A DNA stretch of 64,000 nt from Balanoglossus misakiensis. Lineage: Eukaryota; Animalia; Hemichordata. The notes beneath the pieces are model-generated. The model saw only the letters and a list, made by a program, of their open reading frames with translations, did no database searches and was not told the DNA's origin. Below, piece after piece: positions 9,144-23,106 of this stretch (its first letter is position 1; every line of letters begins with the position of its first letter). The position numbers and the translations under genes were made by a program. The stretch lies in the NCBI GenBank assembly GCA_040954595.2, contig CM082577.2, positions 5,816,301 through 5,880,300 of the forward strand, written 5' to 3'.

Positions 9144-12100
9144 ATGAATGAAGAAGAAGACGAATATTCAGACTGGGCGGCTGGTGTGGAAGGAGTGAAG
9201 GAGGAAGAGCAAAAAGAGGACCGACTGACTGCCTCATCAGTCATGGAATCTCACTCAGGATCGACATGCTCCACTGGACCAGCAAGGGGCATGAGTATGG
9301 AACAGCCACCAAATCATGACACTGTTGAAAGTGAACTGGGCCGATTGAATGAACACAAGAGATTGGAAATGGCTGCTGCTACTCACACGGACAATCAAAA
9401 TTTCCCTGCCAGCGGGATCCTTGCGAATTTACTTACGCGTGCACGCAGCGACCAGTCTCACAGCAACACCGATCAGGTGCAGGGAGCGGAACAACCGTCT
9501 ACCTCGAGTAGTGGTAGAAAAGACAGTGTGCTTCAAATCGACACCACCCTGATACCTCAGGTGCCCAGCAGCGAGCAGTCGGCAGAGCTGCAGGGGCTGG
9601 GAGTTGACGTCTACAGCCACGAAGAGTTCGAACAGAACGTGATGCAGCAGGTGGACCAGGCTATTCTCAAGAAGGAACAGGAAATGGAAAAGAAGCGAGC
9701 GGAGAAGGAGATGGGGTCCATTCTGGATGACATCAGGTAACCAGGGGTCTTTCAAAAATAGAGAACAGTTTTAGATTTTAATCCGGAATTACACCGCCGA
9801 TCACAATATAATGTAGAGAAGGCGAAAGAGGGCAGGGTACGACAGTGTCTCATTTGGGCAATTTGAAAGTTTAATACATGTGTATTTGTAATGTTGTGAA
9901 GTCTCTTATTAGAAACATCATGTTATAATAGCATATTCAATGGATACTTTCATTCATAAACAGGTCATGCAGAGAACGTTTGTCTCAGATCAAAAGAGCG
10001 CTGTCCAGCGTACCAAAGCAAACTACCAACAAGGAAGTGCAACGATTACTAATATCCATGACAAAACAGAAAGACAACAAGGTGAGTCTGCCAACTGATC
10101 TCTTTTACATAATTCAATAAATTAAACGTCTTCAGAGATTTGGATTAGCCATCTTGACACTAAAAACCACACACTTAAATATTTCAACAGGAGCGTCAGC
10201 TGAAGAAACTGAGAGCCAGGAAAAGATATTTACTGTCAAGAATGGGTGACGGCTCTGTGGGTTTAGAAGACAGTGAAGCTTCCGACGAAGGTGAGTTGTT
10301 TTCATAAAAATCACTACTTCAAATTATCTCCATAGAGTTAACACAGATATTGATTTTGGATTTCAAATCCGAGATAGTTGTACTCTCTCTCTCATTCACA
10401 ATTTTTGACAGGCAACGACGATGGCAGAGAAATGGCAGCATTTACAAATCTGCTTAGTGGTTCATCGGGAAGCCAGTTGAAGGAGACGGAACAAGACCGC
10501 CTCATCCGGCTCGGAGAAATGACTCCGTTCGGCACCCGGATCGACTTTGCCGACTCGGCGAGAAAACAGATCCCGGACAGACCGACTGTCAGGAAGCCCA
10601 CGGAGATGACCGATTTTGAGAAATTCCTGGTGGGTCAGGACAAACCGACTGAACCCAAGAAGTCTCAGAAAGCAGTCACTCCGAAGAAGAAGAAGGTGAA
10701 AAAGACGGACGATCCTACAAAAATTAAAAATACAGAGAAATTGAAATCCGCCAAAGTGGAAAGGGACAGTGATGAGAAGGACAGTGATGCGAACAGATCT
10801 AGATCCAACACATCAAGAGTTGAAACTGGCGATGAGATCGATGACAGACGCGTTCAATTCCTGGAAAACAGGAGGGACAGCAGCCAGTTGGATCTGGATC
10901 GAATGGAAAAGGGAAGGATGAGAGCAAAACGCAGATGGAAAACGTCTAAATCCAACTGGATGAGTGATGATGAGAGCGATTTTGACTACGAAGATGACCA
11001 TGATGATGACGATGATTATATCCCAGATGAAAGTGAACTGCGAAAGAGTTGGAGACAGGATGATTATACACCACCAGCAAGAAGTAAGTATATGGAGAAA
11101 AATAAATAAACATGGAATGCAGATTCTATAGCTTTATGGTTGGTTTTATATATTGTTATGTTAATTAGTCACCACACTGACATAAATAAATCCAGGGGAA
11201 CCCTTATTAATCTGTCATAGACCCACTCATGTATTGTTATCATCAATCATCAAAAACCCAAGTAACAACTCTTTTGGTCAAAACGCGGACAAAACTTTCC
11301 TCACACTGACAACCATGAACATTTTGAACGCAGAGAAAATAAAGAACAGAGACGTTAGAGGTAAGAAGAAGATAAAAATGAGCGTCAGCGATGATGATGA
11401 TGAGGAGGAGGATGCGTCAGGATTAATGCACCTAGATACAGCAGATGACGACTATGGATTGGATGACATTAAAAGGTCATATGGGGTCAGGGCCAAGCCG
11501 TCAAAGTCAAAGGCCTTCAGGAAATGCGCCGATGACGCCAATGTTGAGCAGTATGAGAGACGACTCAGGTAAGCTCTCATGCATCTCTGTGAATTCCCAG
11601 GGTCCAGGGTAAATGTAATACCCAGCAAGGTGATCAGTTAACCAGTCCAGCTAATTTTACATACAGCAGGAGTGTTGGCTAAAAACTGATAATTATATCC
11701 CATAATTTATGCAGGAAACATAAAAAGCAACAGCTTCAGAAAAAGAAGGCTCGCATAGAGGCCGGAGAGAGCGACAGCGAAGAAGATTTGGAAGATTATG
11801 AATTTGACGGTGGATATAAAGTCCCAGGGCGTGTCTGGTACAGACTGTACAAGTAAGTCAGGATTTGTCGTAAAAATTTCTGGGCACTACTTCGTAATTG
11901 CTTTTAGAACTGAGAGTAATGTAAAGAGACGTGATGATTTTGGTTTTCTAAAATTTTCTACCCAGGTACCAAAAAATTGGCGTTCAATGGTTGTGGGAAC
12001 TGCATGGTCAGCAAGTCGGTGGCATCGTCGGTGATGAAATGGGGCTGGGGAAGACCATTCAGATCATTGCGTTCCTCGCCGGATTGAAATACTCCAAACT

Positions 12101-15100
12101 GCAAGTCAGGGGAGACAAGTAAGTGGGAAATTCATCTTTGCTTGTGGACATCTCTGCTTGACGGTCATAAATTGAATATGAAGGAAATTATGACGTCATC
12201 AATGATGTAAACATTCCTCATCATTTCTGTGATTTATTGGTCGTATTCTGACAGAGGCAAACAGACAGACTCGTTCATTTGATATTTCATCGTTGTATTT
12301 CCATTTGCGTACAGATACATCGGCCTGGGACCGGTACTGATCGTCTGCCCCACCACGGTCATGCACCAGTGGCTGAAAGAATTCCATGCCTGGTACCCGT
12401 CATTCCGAGTTGCAATCTTCCACGATTCTGGGTCATATTCCGGATCCAAGGTAAAGGTTGCTTGCACACGCTTTTGTTACCATTTAGTTGAAATACAGTA
12501 CCATTATGAATGTATAGTTTCTGGTACGTTTCTAAACTTCGTCATTTTGTTTGTTTCATTACATCACAAATCTTCTCTCACACCATCTTAATTTCAATCG
12601 ACAGCAATCCTTGATCTATGACATAGTGCAATCTCGCAGTGTACTAGTGACGTCGTACTCCAGTATACGCATACACCAGGACTTGCTTCACAGGTATCAG
12701 TGGGATTATGTGATTCTCGATGAGGGTCACAAGATCAGGAATCCTGATGCTGAAGTGACCCAAGCATGTAAACAGGTACGACTCAAGTAAAAACTTTAAA
12801 GAGAAAGAGCAAGATCTTTGAATAGTTAGCACAAGATTTCAGCTTGTTAGTTTCTAGTAGTGTAGATTCACAGCTATGAGTAAAATTTTGATTGATAAAA
12901 TCGTGAGTTATGATTTTATTATTTGATTTTGTAGTGGTATAATTTCACTCATAGATAATAGCTCTCACACTTCACCGAATCCTGACTGTCATGCGTTTGT
13001 TTGTTTCAGTTCCGTACTCCACACCGTCTCATCTTGTCAGGGTCGCCCATGCAGAACAATTTGCGCGAGTTGTGGTCGCTGTTTGATTTTGTCTTCCCGG
13101 GCAAGCTTGGGACACTGCCGGTGTTCATGCAGGAATTCTCTGTCCCAATCACCATGGGCGGATACTCCAATGCCTCTGAAGTTCAGGTAAGGAAACCCCT
13201 CCGATTTTGCATGATGCAAATTTGCATAAACAACTACATTTTGTATACAGTGCATTGGTCACTAATTATGACAAAGAAGGCGTGAGCGACTGCTTAAACT
13301 CTACTTTTATTTGGACTGGCAAGCGGAATTTCCACATAGACTCTGTGTTAGATATGAAATGTAACCTTTTTCTTCTTGCATTCTAGGTGAAGACAGCCTA
13401 CAAGTGTGCTTGCGTTTTGCGAGACACCATCAATCCGTACTTGCTGAGGAGAATGAAAGAAGATGTGAAAATGAACCTGAACCTACCCAACAGGAATGAA
13501 CAAGTGTTGTTTTGTCGGTTGACTCCGGAACAAGTCGATGTTTACCAGGAATATTTGCATTCCAAGGAATGCAATGAGATATTGGCTGGCAGATATAAGG
13601 TAAGCTAACAGGTCGGGCTTTGCGTACATGATTTTTCGTGCCTGAGTGAATCCACAGGAAAATTCAAGGGAAATAAGAGATAGATAAAAGATGCAGGCAA
13701 CTATTATTTGTCTGAAAACCTGGAAAGTCCTCTAGTTTGAAAACAACTCCTGATTTACCACTGGAAAAAATCTCCTGGAATTTTAAATGTCTTTGAATGT
13801 AAGAACTGTCGAAACCAGATCTCAGATAAATTCCAGGATGTATCTTTCCGTGTCACGGCAGGTGTTTGCAGGTCTGATCACGCTGCGTAAAGTCTGCAAC
13901 CATCCGGACCTGTCCACGGGGGGTCCTAAGATTCTGGTGGGACAGAACGAAGACGACATCCCCGAGGACAAGCAGTACGGGTATTGGAAGAGGTCGGGCA
14001 AGATGTTTGTAGTGGAGTCTCTGTTGAAAATGTGGAAGAAGCAAGAGCATAGGGTGCTGCTCTTCTCCCAGAGTAAACAGGTACGGTGCTTTTAAAGGGA
14101 GGGGGTCATCTGAACTGCACATGGTGCCACATTTCTGTTCATAAACATGTGTCATACATATTGTATTCATTAAAACTTGCAGATGTTGGACATTCTAGAG
14201 ACATTTGTTCGATGTCAAGGTTACAAGTACATGAGGATGGATGGGTCTACTCCAATATCGTCACGGCAACCGGCCATCAACACATACAACAGTGTAAGTC
14301 ATGAATACTTTGACTCATTACAGAAATACACATTGAAAAAGAGCAGTTGGGTGTTATGTGTACAGAGAAATAAGTATAGATGATAAGTGAGTATGTCCGA
14401 GCTACATTGTTTGGTTTGTCCTCTCTGACAACATTCTCGCTCCCCAACAGGACCCGTCCATCTTTGTGTTTCTCTTGACAACAAGAGTTGGTGGTCTTGG
14501 AGTGAACTTGACTGGAGCAGACCGAGTGGTGATCTTTGACCCCGACTGGAACCCAAGCACAGACATGCAGGCCAGAGAGAGAGCTTGGCGAATTGGACAG
14601 ACCAAGCAAGTCACCATCTATAGGCTGCTGACGACAGGAACTATTGAAGAGAAAATATATCACAGGTTAGTCAGTGTGTTACACTGAACCTGATTGGCCA
14701 ATATTTTTGCACTGTAAAAGGAGCTGCAGCTTTTCAGCCAATTACTGAGACTGTGTTATTGTCGTTTTGAAGATATTGATTTGTCACCAAAATTTTAGTA
14801 ATAATCAGGAGAGTCTATTACTATGTGATAGCCTTTTTCTTTATTTTGTATCTTTTACGTTGTAATGCAGACAAATCTTCAAGCAATTCCTGACAAACAG
14901 AGTTCTGAAAGATCCAAAGCAGAGGCGATTCTTCAAGACCAATGATCTGTACGAATTGTTTGCCTTGGGTTCCCAAGACAACAACCGCGGCACGGAGACG
15001 AGCGCCATCTTTGCCGGAACAGGGTCGAACGTGACAGTTGACCTGAAGAGGTCAAAGGTCAGCGGCCAAGCACGTGCAAACGGACTGAAGAGGTCCAGCT

Positions 15101-17065
15101 CTCAGGGACATGTGCGTGAACGCGCCGCGGCAAAGAAAAAAGTAAGACTACACCGGAGTGTGACCGCTCCTAGTGAAATCCCGAAAGCTGGCTCCAGGTC
15201 AGATGTGGACAGAAGCGAGAAAGTCTCGGATGAGGTCAAAGTTGAAAGTAGTGACAAAGTGGAAGAAGTTAAACAAGAAACTGATGCGTGTGCTGAAAAG
15301 CCTTTGAATGATGTAGCTGATGAAGTCAGCAGAACACAAGTCACGGCAGACGAAGTTACCACTGCAGTTCAAGCAGGCGAAACACAGGAATGTGCTAAGG
15401 AGGGAGAAAGGTCATTGACCAATGAGGAACAAACAGACGAGGCGGGAAAATCAACTCCTCTTGAAAAGGACACTGCGGAGGAGCATAAACTCAAAGAGGC
15501 CAGACTGAGACTTGCCAGGCAAATTGCCAAGAGTCTGAAACTAAACAAACACGGACAGAAAAGCTCAAAGATCAACAGTGGGAGAGAGAAAAAGAAGAAA
15601 AAGAAAAGGAAGAAAAAGGATGCAGGTGTGTGACATTGCTGTTGTCCCAAGCATAAGTGGATCTTATGTCAGATTGAAAAGTGACGGCGTTTACCTTGGC
15701 AAGAGTGAGAATTCGAAACTTCAGTGATGAAGTCTTTACATCAGTGCTGTGGATAGCGTCTTGACCCTTCCACTGGTTTCTTCTGTAGAGCTCGAACTTT
15801 ACCAAAGAAAACAATGAATTAAGACCAAACCATGGTGGGAAATGGGGTTAATATAGCAAAACGGGATTATTTTAGGTATTTACTGGTCTGTTCTATTCTG
15901 TGTGATTTTTTTCCAGTTATTGATGGAGAGAAGATAGCCTATCTTGATCATCACAACGTATATGAACAAGACAGCGAGGAGGAGGATGCGGCCAAAGAGA
16001 GCAGTCACCATGACGACTACGTCCTGCAGAAGCTGTTCAAGAAATCGGGCATACACAGCGCACTGCAGCACGACAACATCATGCAGGCCGCCCATCCAGA
16101 TTACATCCTGGTGGAGGGAGAGGCGCAGAGAGTGGCCAAAGAGGCGGCCGACGCCCTGAAGCAGTCTAGACGACTCTGTCGCTCTGTTCCCATCGGAGTG
16201 CCAACATGGACAGGGCAGTCTGGAGCTGCTGGTGCACCAAAGGCATTGGCCAAGTGAGTTTGACATTTGTTTTTGTAGAAACTGTTTTGTAGAGACCTGA
16301 TTCAGAATATTATATATCCAGGTTATTTAGGTGTATATAATAAGCTATGATGAACGTGCAAATTAGGGACACAAGGATATGCAGTCACACACATATGGTT
16401 GCAGATCAGAACAAAGGATAATTTAAGCTTTGGTCAGCTCTGGTACAGCCTAAAGGCCAGGCTGGGTTAGCAACTTTAAAAAGTTTGCGATGCAGAGACG
16501 TTTACTGATGTTGCTTCCATCTTTCAATGTGATTTCTTTATCTTGCAGGCCAAGGTTCGGTCAGAAAGTCAACGGGAAGTTTGGCTCAGTTGGAGGCAAG
16601 CTGACCAAGAAACCCACTCCATCAACCACGCCAGAGAAGAAGGAAGGACCGTTTGGGAAAAAGAAACTCTTTGACGGGGCAGTGTCCGGGAATGTGGAGC
16701 GAGGTGCCACAGTTCCGGCGTCCAGCGACTTGCTGTCCAAGATGCGAGAGCGAAACCACGTCGTCAACGACGCGGACGGGGAGAGTTCCGAGTCCGACTC
16801 CGACGGCAACCCAAGCCGGCCCACAGCAGTTCCTGTCAGAGAGAAGGGCGAGAAGGACGAACTTCTTGAGGAAATACGGAGCTACATAGCCTTCCAGGCG
16901 TCGGTCAACGGACAAGCGTCCACCGATGAACTCCTGTCCGAGTTTCAGCCCAAACTGGGGCACAAGGACACGGTCTTCTTCAAGGCCATGCTGAAGCAGA
17001 TCTGTCAGTTCTATAGGAACAGCAGTGGGGTTGGAATGTGGAAGCTTAAACCTGAGTATAGGTGA
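9144..17065 (+). CDS. ERCC6: DNA excision repair protein ERCC-6 / Cockayne syndrome B (SNF2-family ATPase)
   Basis: 17 coding exons: 9144-9736, 9964-10081, 10191-10290, 10412-11083, 11334-11568, 11715-11852, 11966-12118, 12315-12450, 12605-12775, 13010-13186, 13387-13599, 13862-14080, 14183-14293, 14451-14665, 14871-15625, 15917-16253, 16549-17065 (4860 nt, 1619 aa). Motifs [39 protein letters not shown] and [14 protein letters not shown]-specific segments: [20 protein letters not shown]-interacting-like LLSKMRERN, and the C-terminal winged-helix/UBD ending WKLKPEYR. Confidence 0.97.
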
Positions 17066-18034
17066 AAGGCGGGGGGTTGTGGCATTGGATCGGAGGGACT
17101 CCCAAGGTAACTGATAACCAAGTGAATTGGTTGTCAGTGTTTTGGGGTAAGGTAGGATGCTGCTGGCATCTGCTACAAGATATGAAAACCTTCAATAAGA
17201 CTGTGTGAACTCAGATGTGTGTGTACTATAGACCTCATTTCATACTTGAAGATTGAGAATATCTTCTTCTCTCAAGAAGCATTAACTATATTAGCTGTGC
17301 TGATGGCTTACCTTTTTAATCAAGTATCCAAGCAGTACAAATGATTTGTATGTTTATACCATTTTTGTGTTGAAATATGTTTTTCTGTGTCTGTCTACCA
17401 CTGAAGGTAATAAAACTGTATTTCCAGTGTTTTACAGAAGAAACAATCATGTATTAAATTATTCTACAATTGCTGACGGCAGAGATTTACCCTCTGTTAA
17501 ATTTTGTCATCAAAATAACGTCTAATTTGTTGGTTGGCGCACAAATATAAGATTATATCTTTTGAATGAAAAGATATTCTAAATGGAAAATTTAATAAAA
17601 TATACTGAAACATCAAAATGTGTCGTGTGTTACATTTTTTGTTTTGCTTGATGGTTGCACTGTGAAGTTGCTTGGTTTTTGTTGGCTTACAGAACAAAAT
17701 GACAAGCGGAAATCATCTTTATCAGCATGAGCTAACATTGACTGCACGTGGCGATAATGAGTTGCTTGGTGATTCTTGCTGCAGTACGTACAAGGGCCAC
17801 AGGTACTGTTTCCCTGTCCTTGCCTTTACGTCCACATCCTCGTTCAATGAAACAACATAACATCCCAGAGTTTGCACACAAAATGTTAAAATTTAGAAAG
17901 AAAGCATATGTTATCGCTATGTACTTACCTTTTATACATAACTTAGGTGAAAAGATCATTTTTTAAATAAATAATAGCCCCAAACATATACTAAAAGGTA
18001 AACGTCTCGAACGAGTTATGTGTTTGACGTTATT

Positions 18035-18071
18035 TGTAAACACAGCTGTTCGGGGGCGTGGTCGCTATATA
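18035..18071 (+). promoter_or_regulatory. Putative core promoter of the SLC5 gene (forkhead site, GC box, TATA-like)
   Basis: TGTAAACA at 18035, GGGGGCGTGG at 18052-18061 and TATATA at 18066, about 315 bp upstream of the ATG at 18381. Confidence 0.45.
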
Positions 18072-18380
18072 TGTCGAGCTGGAGAAGTTTACTGGCGCTT
18101 GCAACAGACACATGTTAACTTGGCTGACCTGATAATCTCTAGATCTCTAGACGATCTCTAATTTTATTCGGGTGCGTGAATTCTACCACAGTCTAGTCCG
18201 CTGCGCATTACACTGACAACCACTGTTGCAGCCTTTGCCACACAGTTTACCGATAGAGGGAGCCATAGAGGGTGTACATATCGAGAACGAACTTGCTGTC
18301 GTGGCACCGCGGGGAAATATAAACTTTACGACCAAAAGCCACGTCTTGTCATAGAGAAAGGATCAGACCACACTGTTGCA

Positions 18381-21300
18381 ATGGCGTCAGACGACATACA
18401 TCCGTTTGGGATCCTGGACTACTTTGTCTTCAGTGCCATGTTGACTGTATCTGCTGGTACAGGATTCTACCATGCGTTTGCTGGTGGTGGCCAAAAGACA
18501 GTGTCACAGTAAGTATTTCTAGAATTCTCAACTTATGACAGATTGATTTTGTCCTTTACCCCCCTAATTATCCCAGCAATGAAAATGGGATCTCATGAAA
18601 GTACTGCTAAAAATATACTGCATCAGGTTCACTCAACCATGAAAATAAAAGCACATGATTTGATGAAAACATGTGAAAAAGAGGGTTTATACAGAATAAC
18701 AGTATAATGCTTGTGGACTTATAGCCTATGTTTAATTAATATTGCAAGCAAGCCAATTTTGTACAGTAATGGCAGATTATGGCTTTGAAAAAATCAAGTA
18801 ATTTGATGCATAAAGTGCCCAAGACTGAATGTACAACATGATGCTGATGGTATTTGTAAAGGTCATAGGTCAGATAATGATACAGGCCCTCCAAAGTTTG
18901 TCATGCTAATGGCTGATGATACAACCACTGTCCATAAAATTGTGAATGAAATAAAAAGATAATATTGACCTATTTTTGGGGTAAATAATCAGATTACAGA
19001 ACAGTTTGCTCGGTAATAATGTGTTTTTTTGGGGACAAAATGACAGCATTCGTTTTCTCCCGATAGATACCTGATGGCTGACAGGAGCATGGTCAGTATT
19101 CCGGTGGCTATTTCCACTCTGGCATCTTTTCTCTCCGGGATCAGCATCCTGGGTATTCCGGCCGAGATCTTCACCCATGGCACGCAGTACTGGATGTTGG
19201 TTTTCAGCTTCATCCTGTCGATGCCCATCACTGCCTGGGTTTTTATACCAGTCTTTCATGAGTTGAAACTTACCAGTGCCTATGAGGTAGGTTAATTACT
19301 AATGTGTTGTTTAGACTGAAATAAAAAAAAGTTAATTCTTCTGAATGTAAATAGAAAGAGATGCAATCATGGGCAAGACTCTTAAGGGATGTTAATGAAA
19401 CATACTTTTTGTGTGAATTATTTTTACACACATTTAAAATTCAAGATTCTTTTAAAAGTCCATTGAAACATTAAAAAGAAGCCAATATAATTGTCCAGTA
19501 GATATTGATAGAGGGCCTGTGATCAGGTGAACAGTTCATGGAAAAGTTAAAATATTACCGTATCATTATCACCTTCTTTGTGTATCTTGCAGTATCTTCA
19601 TCGAAGATTTTGTATGAGTATTCGTTTCTGTGGATCAATTCTGTTTATCATCCAGACATCGTTTTACATGGCGATAGTGTTGTATGCACCAGCTTTAGCT
19701 CTAGAAGCAGGTAGGTGTCAGAATGCCAGTCTGATATATTTTCATGTGAAACATGTTGCCATGTTGTAGTTCTTACTGAGATGTGTTCCAAATACAAACT
19801 TTGGTGTACGTCAATCATTTGTGTTTACCACGTATTTGTTCAATATTTCAGTTACAAAGTTTGAAGTCTGGAAAACTGTGTTGATAACAGGGCTGATATG
19901 CACAGTGTACACATCACTGGTAAGGGTTGGCTTTTTGATAACAGTAGAATCAATATGAAAGTACTCACTGGTCTTTTTTGTAAGTCCTTACAAGGAGATT
20001 CCGTCGATACATTATACATTTGCAAGAGAAATCTACAGTATAATTGATGGAATACATTCATAGCACCCTGAAAAATCAATTAGACTCTAACCGGTTGGGC
20101 AATGTTTGATTTTATCTTTCAGGGCGGAATGAAAGCTGTGATTTGGACGGATGTCTTTCAGTTTTGTGTCTTGTTTGGGGCACTTCTCACTGTCATCATA
20201 ATGGGTACATCCTATGCTGGTGGTATCTCGTATGTATGGCAATACAACAGTCAACACGGTCATGCCAATTTTTTTGAGTGAGTACATATGTAATCCTGTA
20301 CCAGTTCTGGGTTTTCTCCCTGAAGTCTGCACCCCTCTATGAATTGTTACTTCAAAGAAAAAGGGCAAACACTTATTTGGCACATGTTTACAATGTGTAC
20401 AGATCTGAAGTATATAATACCTGTAACCAGAATATAGTATAGTTCTGCAAAATCCATTCATGAAAATGTAATAAAAATGACTTTCTTCATTTCAGATTTA
20501 GCCTAGATCCAACCCAAAGGCTGTCATTTTGGTCTCTTATGATTGGTGGAACAGTCAACACATTATCGCTGTGGGCAGTCAGTCAGACAGCAGTTCAGAG
20601 ATTCCTCACAGCAAAGTCGAGAGAAGAAGCTGTCAAGTAAGTTAATTAACCAGATAACAGGGCAGCCATTTTTTGGCTGGATTGGGAAGAGTGTGGCCAC
20701 ACAGTACATAACTGTCAGAAACATATGGTAAAATGGTGTCCTTCTCATCTGCAGGTCTGTATGGTTGAATTTGCCAGGAAACATTGCCATGTTTAGCACT
20801 GTGTCTTTCATTGGGATGATTTTATTTGCATTCTACAATGGTAAGTTTACATATTTTTTTATTCCTTTTAACCACCCTATACCTAGGAACACCACTGCCT
20901 AACATTTATCACATCCATTCATGTCTTGTGTTAAAAAAATTACAGTTATATTCATTAACATAATTTTTTTTTTCTTTTCAGATGGTGCTGTTCAGGATGG
21001 AATAGAATCCCACCACACCCCAGAATATCAATCAGCTGATCAGGTAGGTTGCCGTGGTGATTTGTTTCTCCAATTTTGTCATTTAGCCAATCAGCATTGT
21101 TCTCACATCACACTGAAGAGAGGATGTCACATATAAACACATTGTCGGTATTTCACCCAAGTTATCATGACTGACATTTGTGACGTGGTTATTTCCATGT
21201 GTCATTTTTCTCCCCACACAGATACTGATCTACTTTGTCAGCTCTGCACTCGGTGCCATTCCAGGAGTCCAGGGTATCTTTGTAGCTTGTTTGTTTGCTG

Positions 21301-23106
21301 GAACACTGAGGTACTAGTTCTTTTTCTTTCTTTGTGACTTTTGTTGATATAAATCACAGTGCATTGTGGCATAATTATTATCTCATGACTGGCATCTGCC
21401 GACGTCAGGTCTGTTATTTTGTATCCGTTCGTATTCACCACATTTTTTTGACAATCTGTATTTACAGCACGGAAGCATCAGGATTGAACGCCCTAGCAAC
21501 GGTGACATTTGTTGATATTATAAAGCCATGGAGAGCAAACAGGTGCCATGGCAACCAACCTATAAACAATGCCAAGATGGATGCCATAGACACGAGAATA
21601 TCAAAGCTTCTTTGTAAGTATTAAAATGTATGAGAATGTGTGTTTATAACTAAATAAGCTAGATACAATAACAGTGTCAAAAAATATCTTTACGTATAAA
21701 ACAGAAAAAAAAACAATAAAATGTTGCATGTGGATGGCAAGTTGGTTCATTTAATTTCTGTAAATTGTGTGTCAGGATTATGACATTTTGAATGACTCTG
21801 TTTTTTCACTGTTGTAGCATTTCTCTATGGTGCCCTCTGCATCGGCCTGGCGTTTGTTGCCTCGCTGATAGGATCCCTGGTGAAAAGCGCCAACTCCATA
21901 CTTGGCACTGCAGGTGGGCCGTTGCTTGGTGTGTTCACTTTGGGACTTTTATCAAGAAGAGCAAACTCGGGGTAAGGATATGTTGTTATGCAGCTCTCTT
22001 ACAAGTGACTGGATTCTTCCGCACTGTGATCTGCTACTTTGACATTCTTTGTGACGTTCAGCTGCGTTTCTGTGATCGTGTGCATAGATTTACTGCAGTG
22101 CCGCTGTCATCCGTCTTTAGTGACCATCTCGGATTGTCGTAGAAGTTTGAAAAGTGAAATTCATTTGTCATTTCTTCCTCTTTCCTTCAGCGGTGCTCTG
22201 GTTGGATTACTCTCAGGTTTTGCATCAGCCCTTTGGATTGCGGTTGGTGCCATGGTCTACAGGGATCCAGAGACGGGCAGCGTTCTGCCCAATGCATTTG
22301 TATTGTACAGAGTAAGTCATGCCTTTTCTGTCTAGCTTCACAATTTCTCTTTCAGTGAAGCAAATACATGTATTGAATTTCCAACACAGTCAGTCTATTT
22401 CTCAAATTTTCGTCATCTATGAAATCCAATGGTAAACTTCTCCAGGTGAGTGAAACAAAAGATTTGCAGTTAAATCTACTGAGGGCGCCCTACTGCATGC
22501 TGCTTTGAAAATATTGCCTGAAATCCTTGCACACAACAGAAGCTGTCATCCAGTGACTTGGGTACAATGGAAGGATATTTGATTTCTACATGAAAGTTGG
22601 ACCAAGAAATGTCTATTTTCTATGATTCATTTCCAGATTTCCTTCATGCTGTACAGTGCAGTGTCATTTTCTGTGACAGTTGTCGTCGGCCTAATCGCGA
22701 GTGAAGCCATTAGGTGTTTCGTCCCCGAAGAAAGGCTGAAAACAGTAGACCCGTCTTTACTGGCAACATTCCTCAGGTATCGTGCCGTTCTGTGGAATTT
22801 TATGATCCACCAACTGATATCAGAGAGCCACCATTTTTACCTTTCATTAGATATTAGACGCAAATGTCAGAATCTATAAAAATTGCCTATTTTCTTATCA
22901 TAGAAAATCCAACAACATGTTATTCCATTTTTTATTTTCAACACAGACCTAAAGGTTGGCAGCCACCGATGGTGACTAAAGCAGAGAAATCCAAGATTGG
23001 AGATGGCTATGAGGATGACCTCATTTCAAATGATGGTGGTGGTGACAGTGATGAAAATAATGATAGAAAAGTATTGATTGTCGAAGACAGGCAATATCTC
23101 CCGTAG
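18381..23106 (+). CDS. Sodium:solute symporter, SLC5A8/SLC5A12 (SMCT)-SLC5A6-SLC5A5 subfamily
   Basis: 14 exons: 18381-18508, 19067-19286, 19593-19710, 19852-19919, 20123-20277, 20496-20636, 20755-20840, 20982-21043, 21222-21310, 21468-21613, 21818-21971, 22191-22311, 22637-22776, 22947-23106 (1788 nt, 595 aa). Motifs YLMADRSM, LGIPAE, SAYEYLHRRF, YAPALAL, GGMKAVIWTDVFQ, QTAVQRF, GTLST and GGPLLGVFTLG. Exon 1 is missing from the ORF track. Confidence 0.93.

Noticed and set aside
11569-11965. Possible piggyBac (PGBD3-like) insertion in ERCC6, as in the primate CSB-PGBD3 fusion
   Set aside because: All ERCC6 coding introns here are under ~300 bp and contain no transposase ORF.
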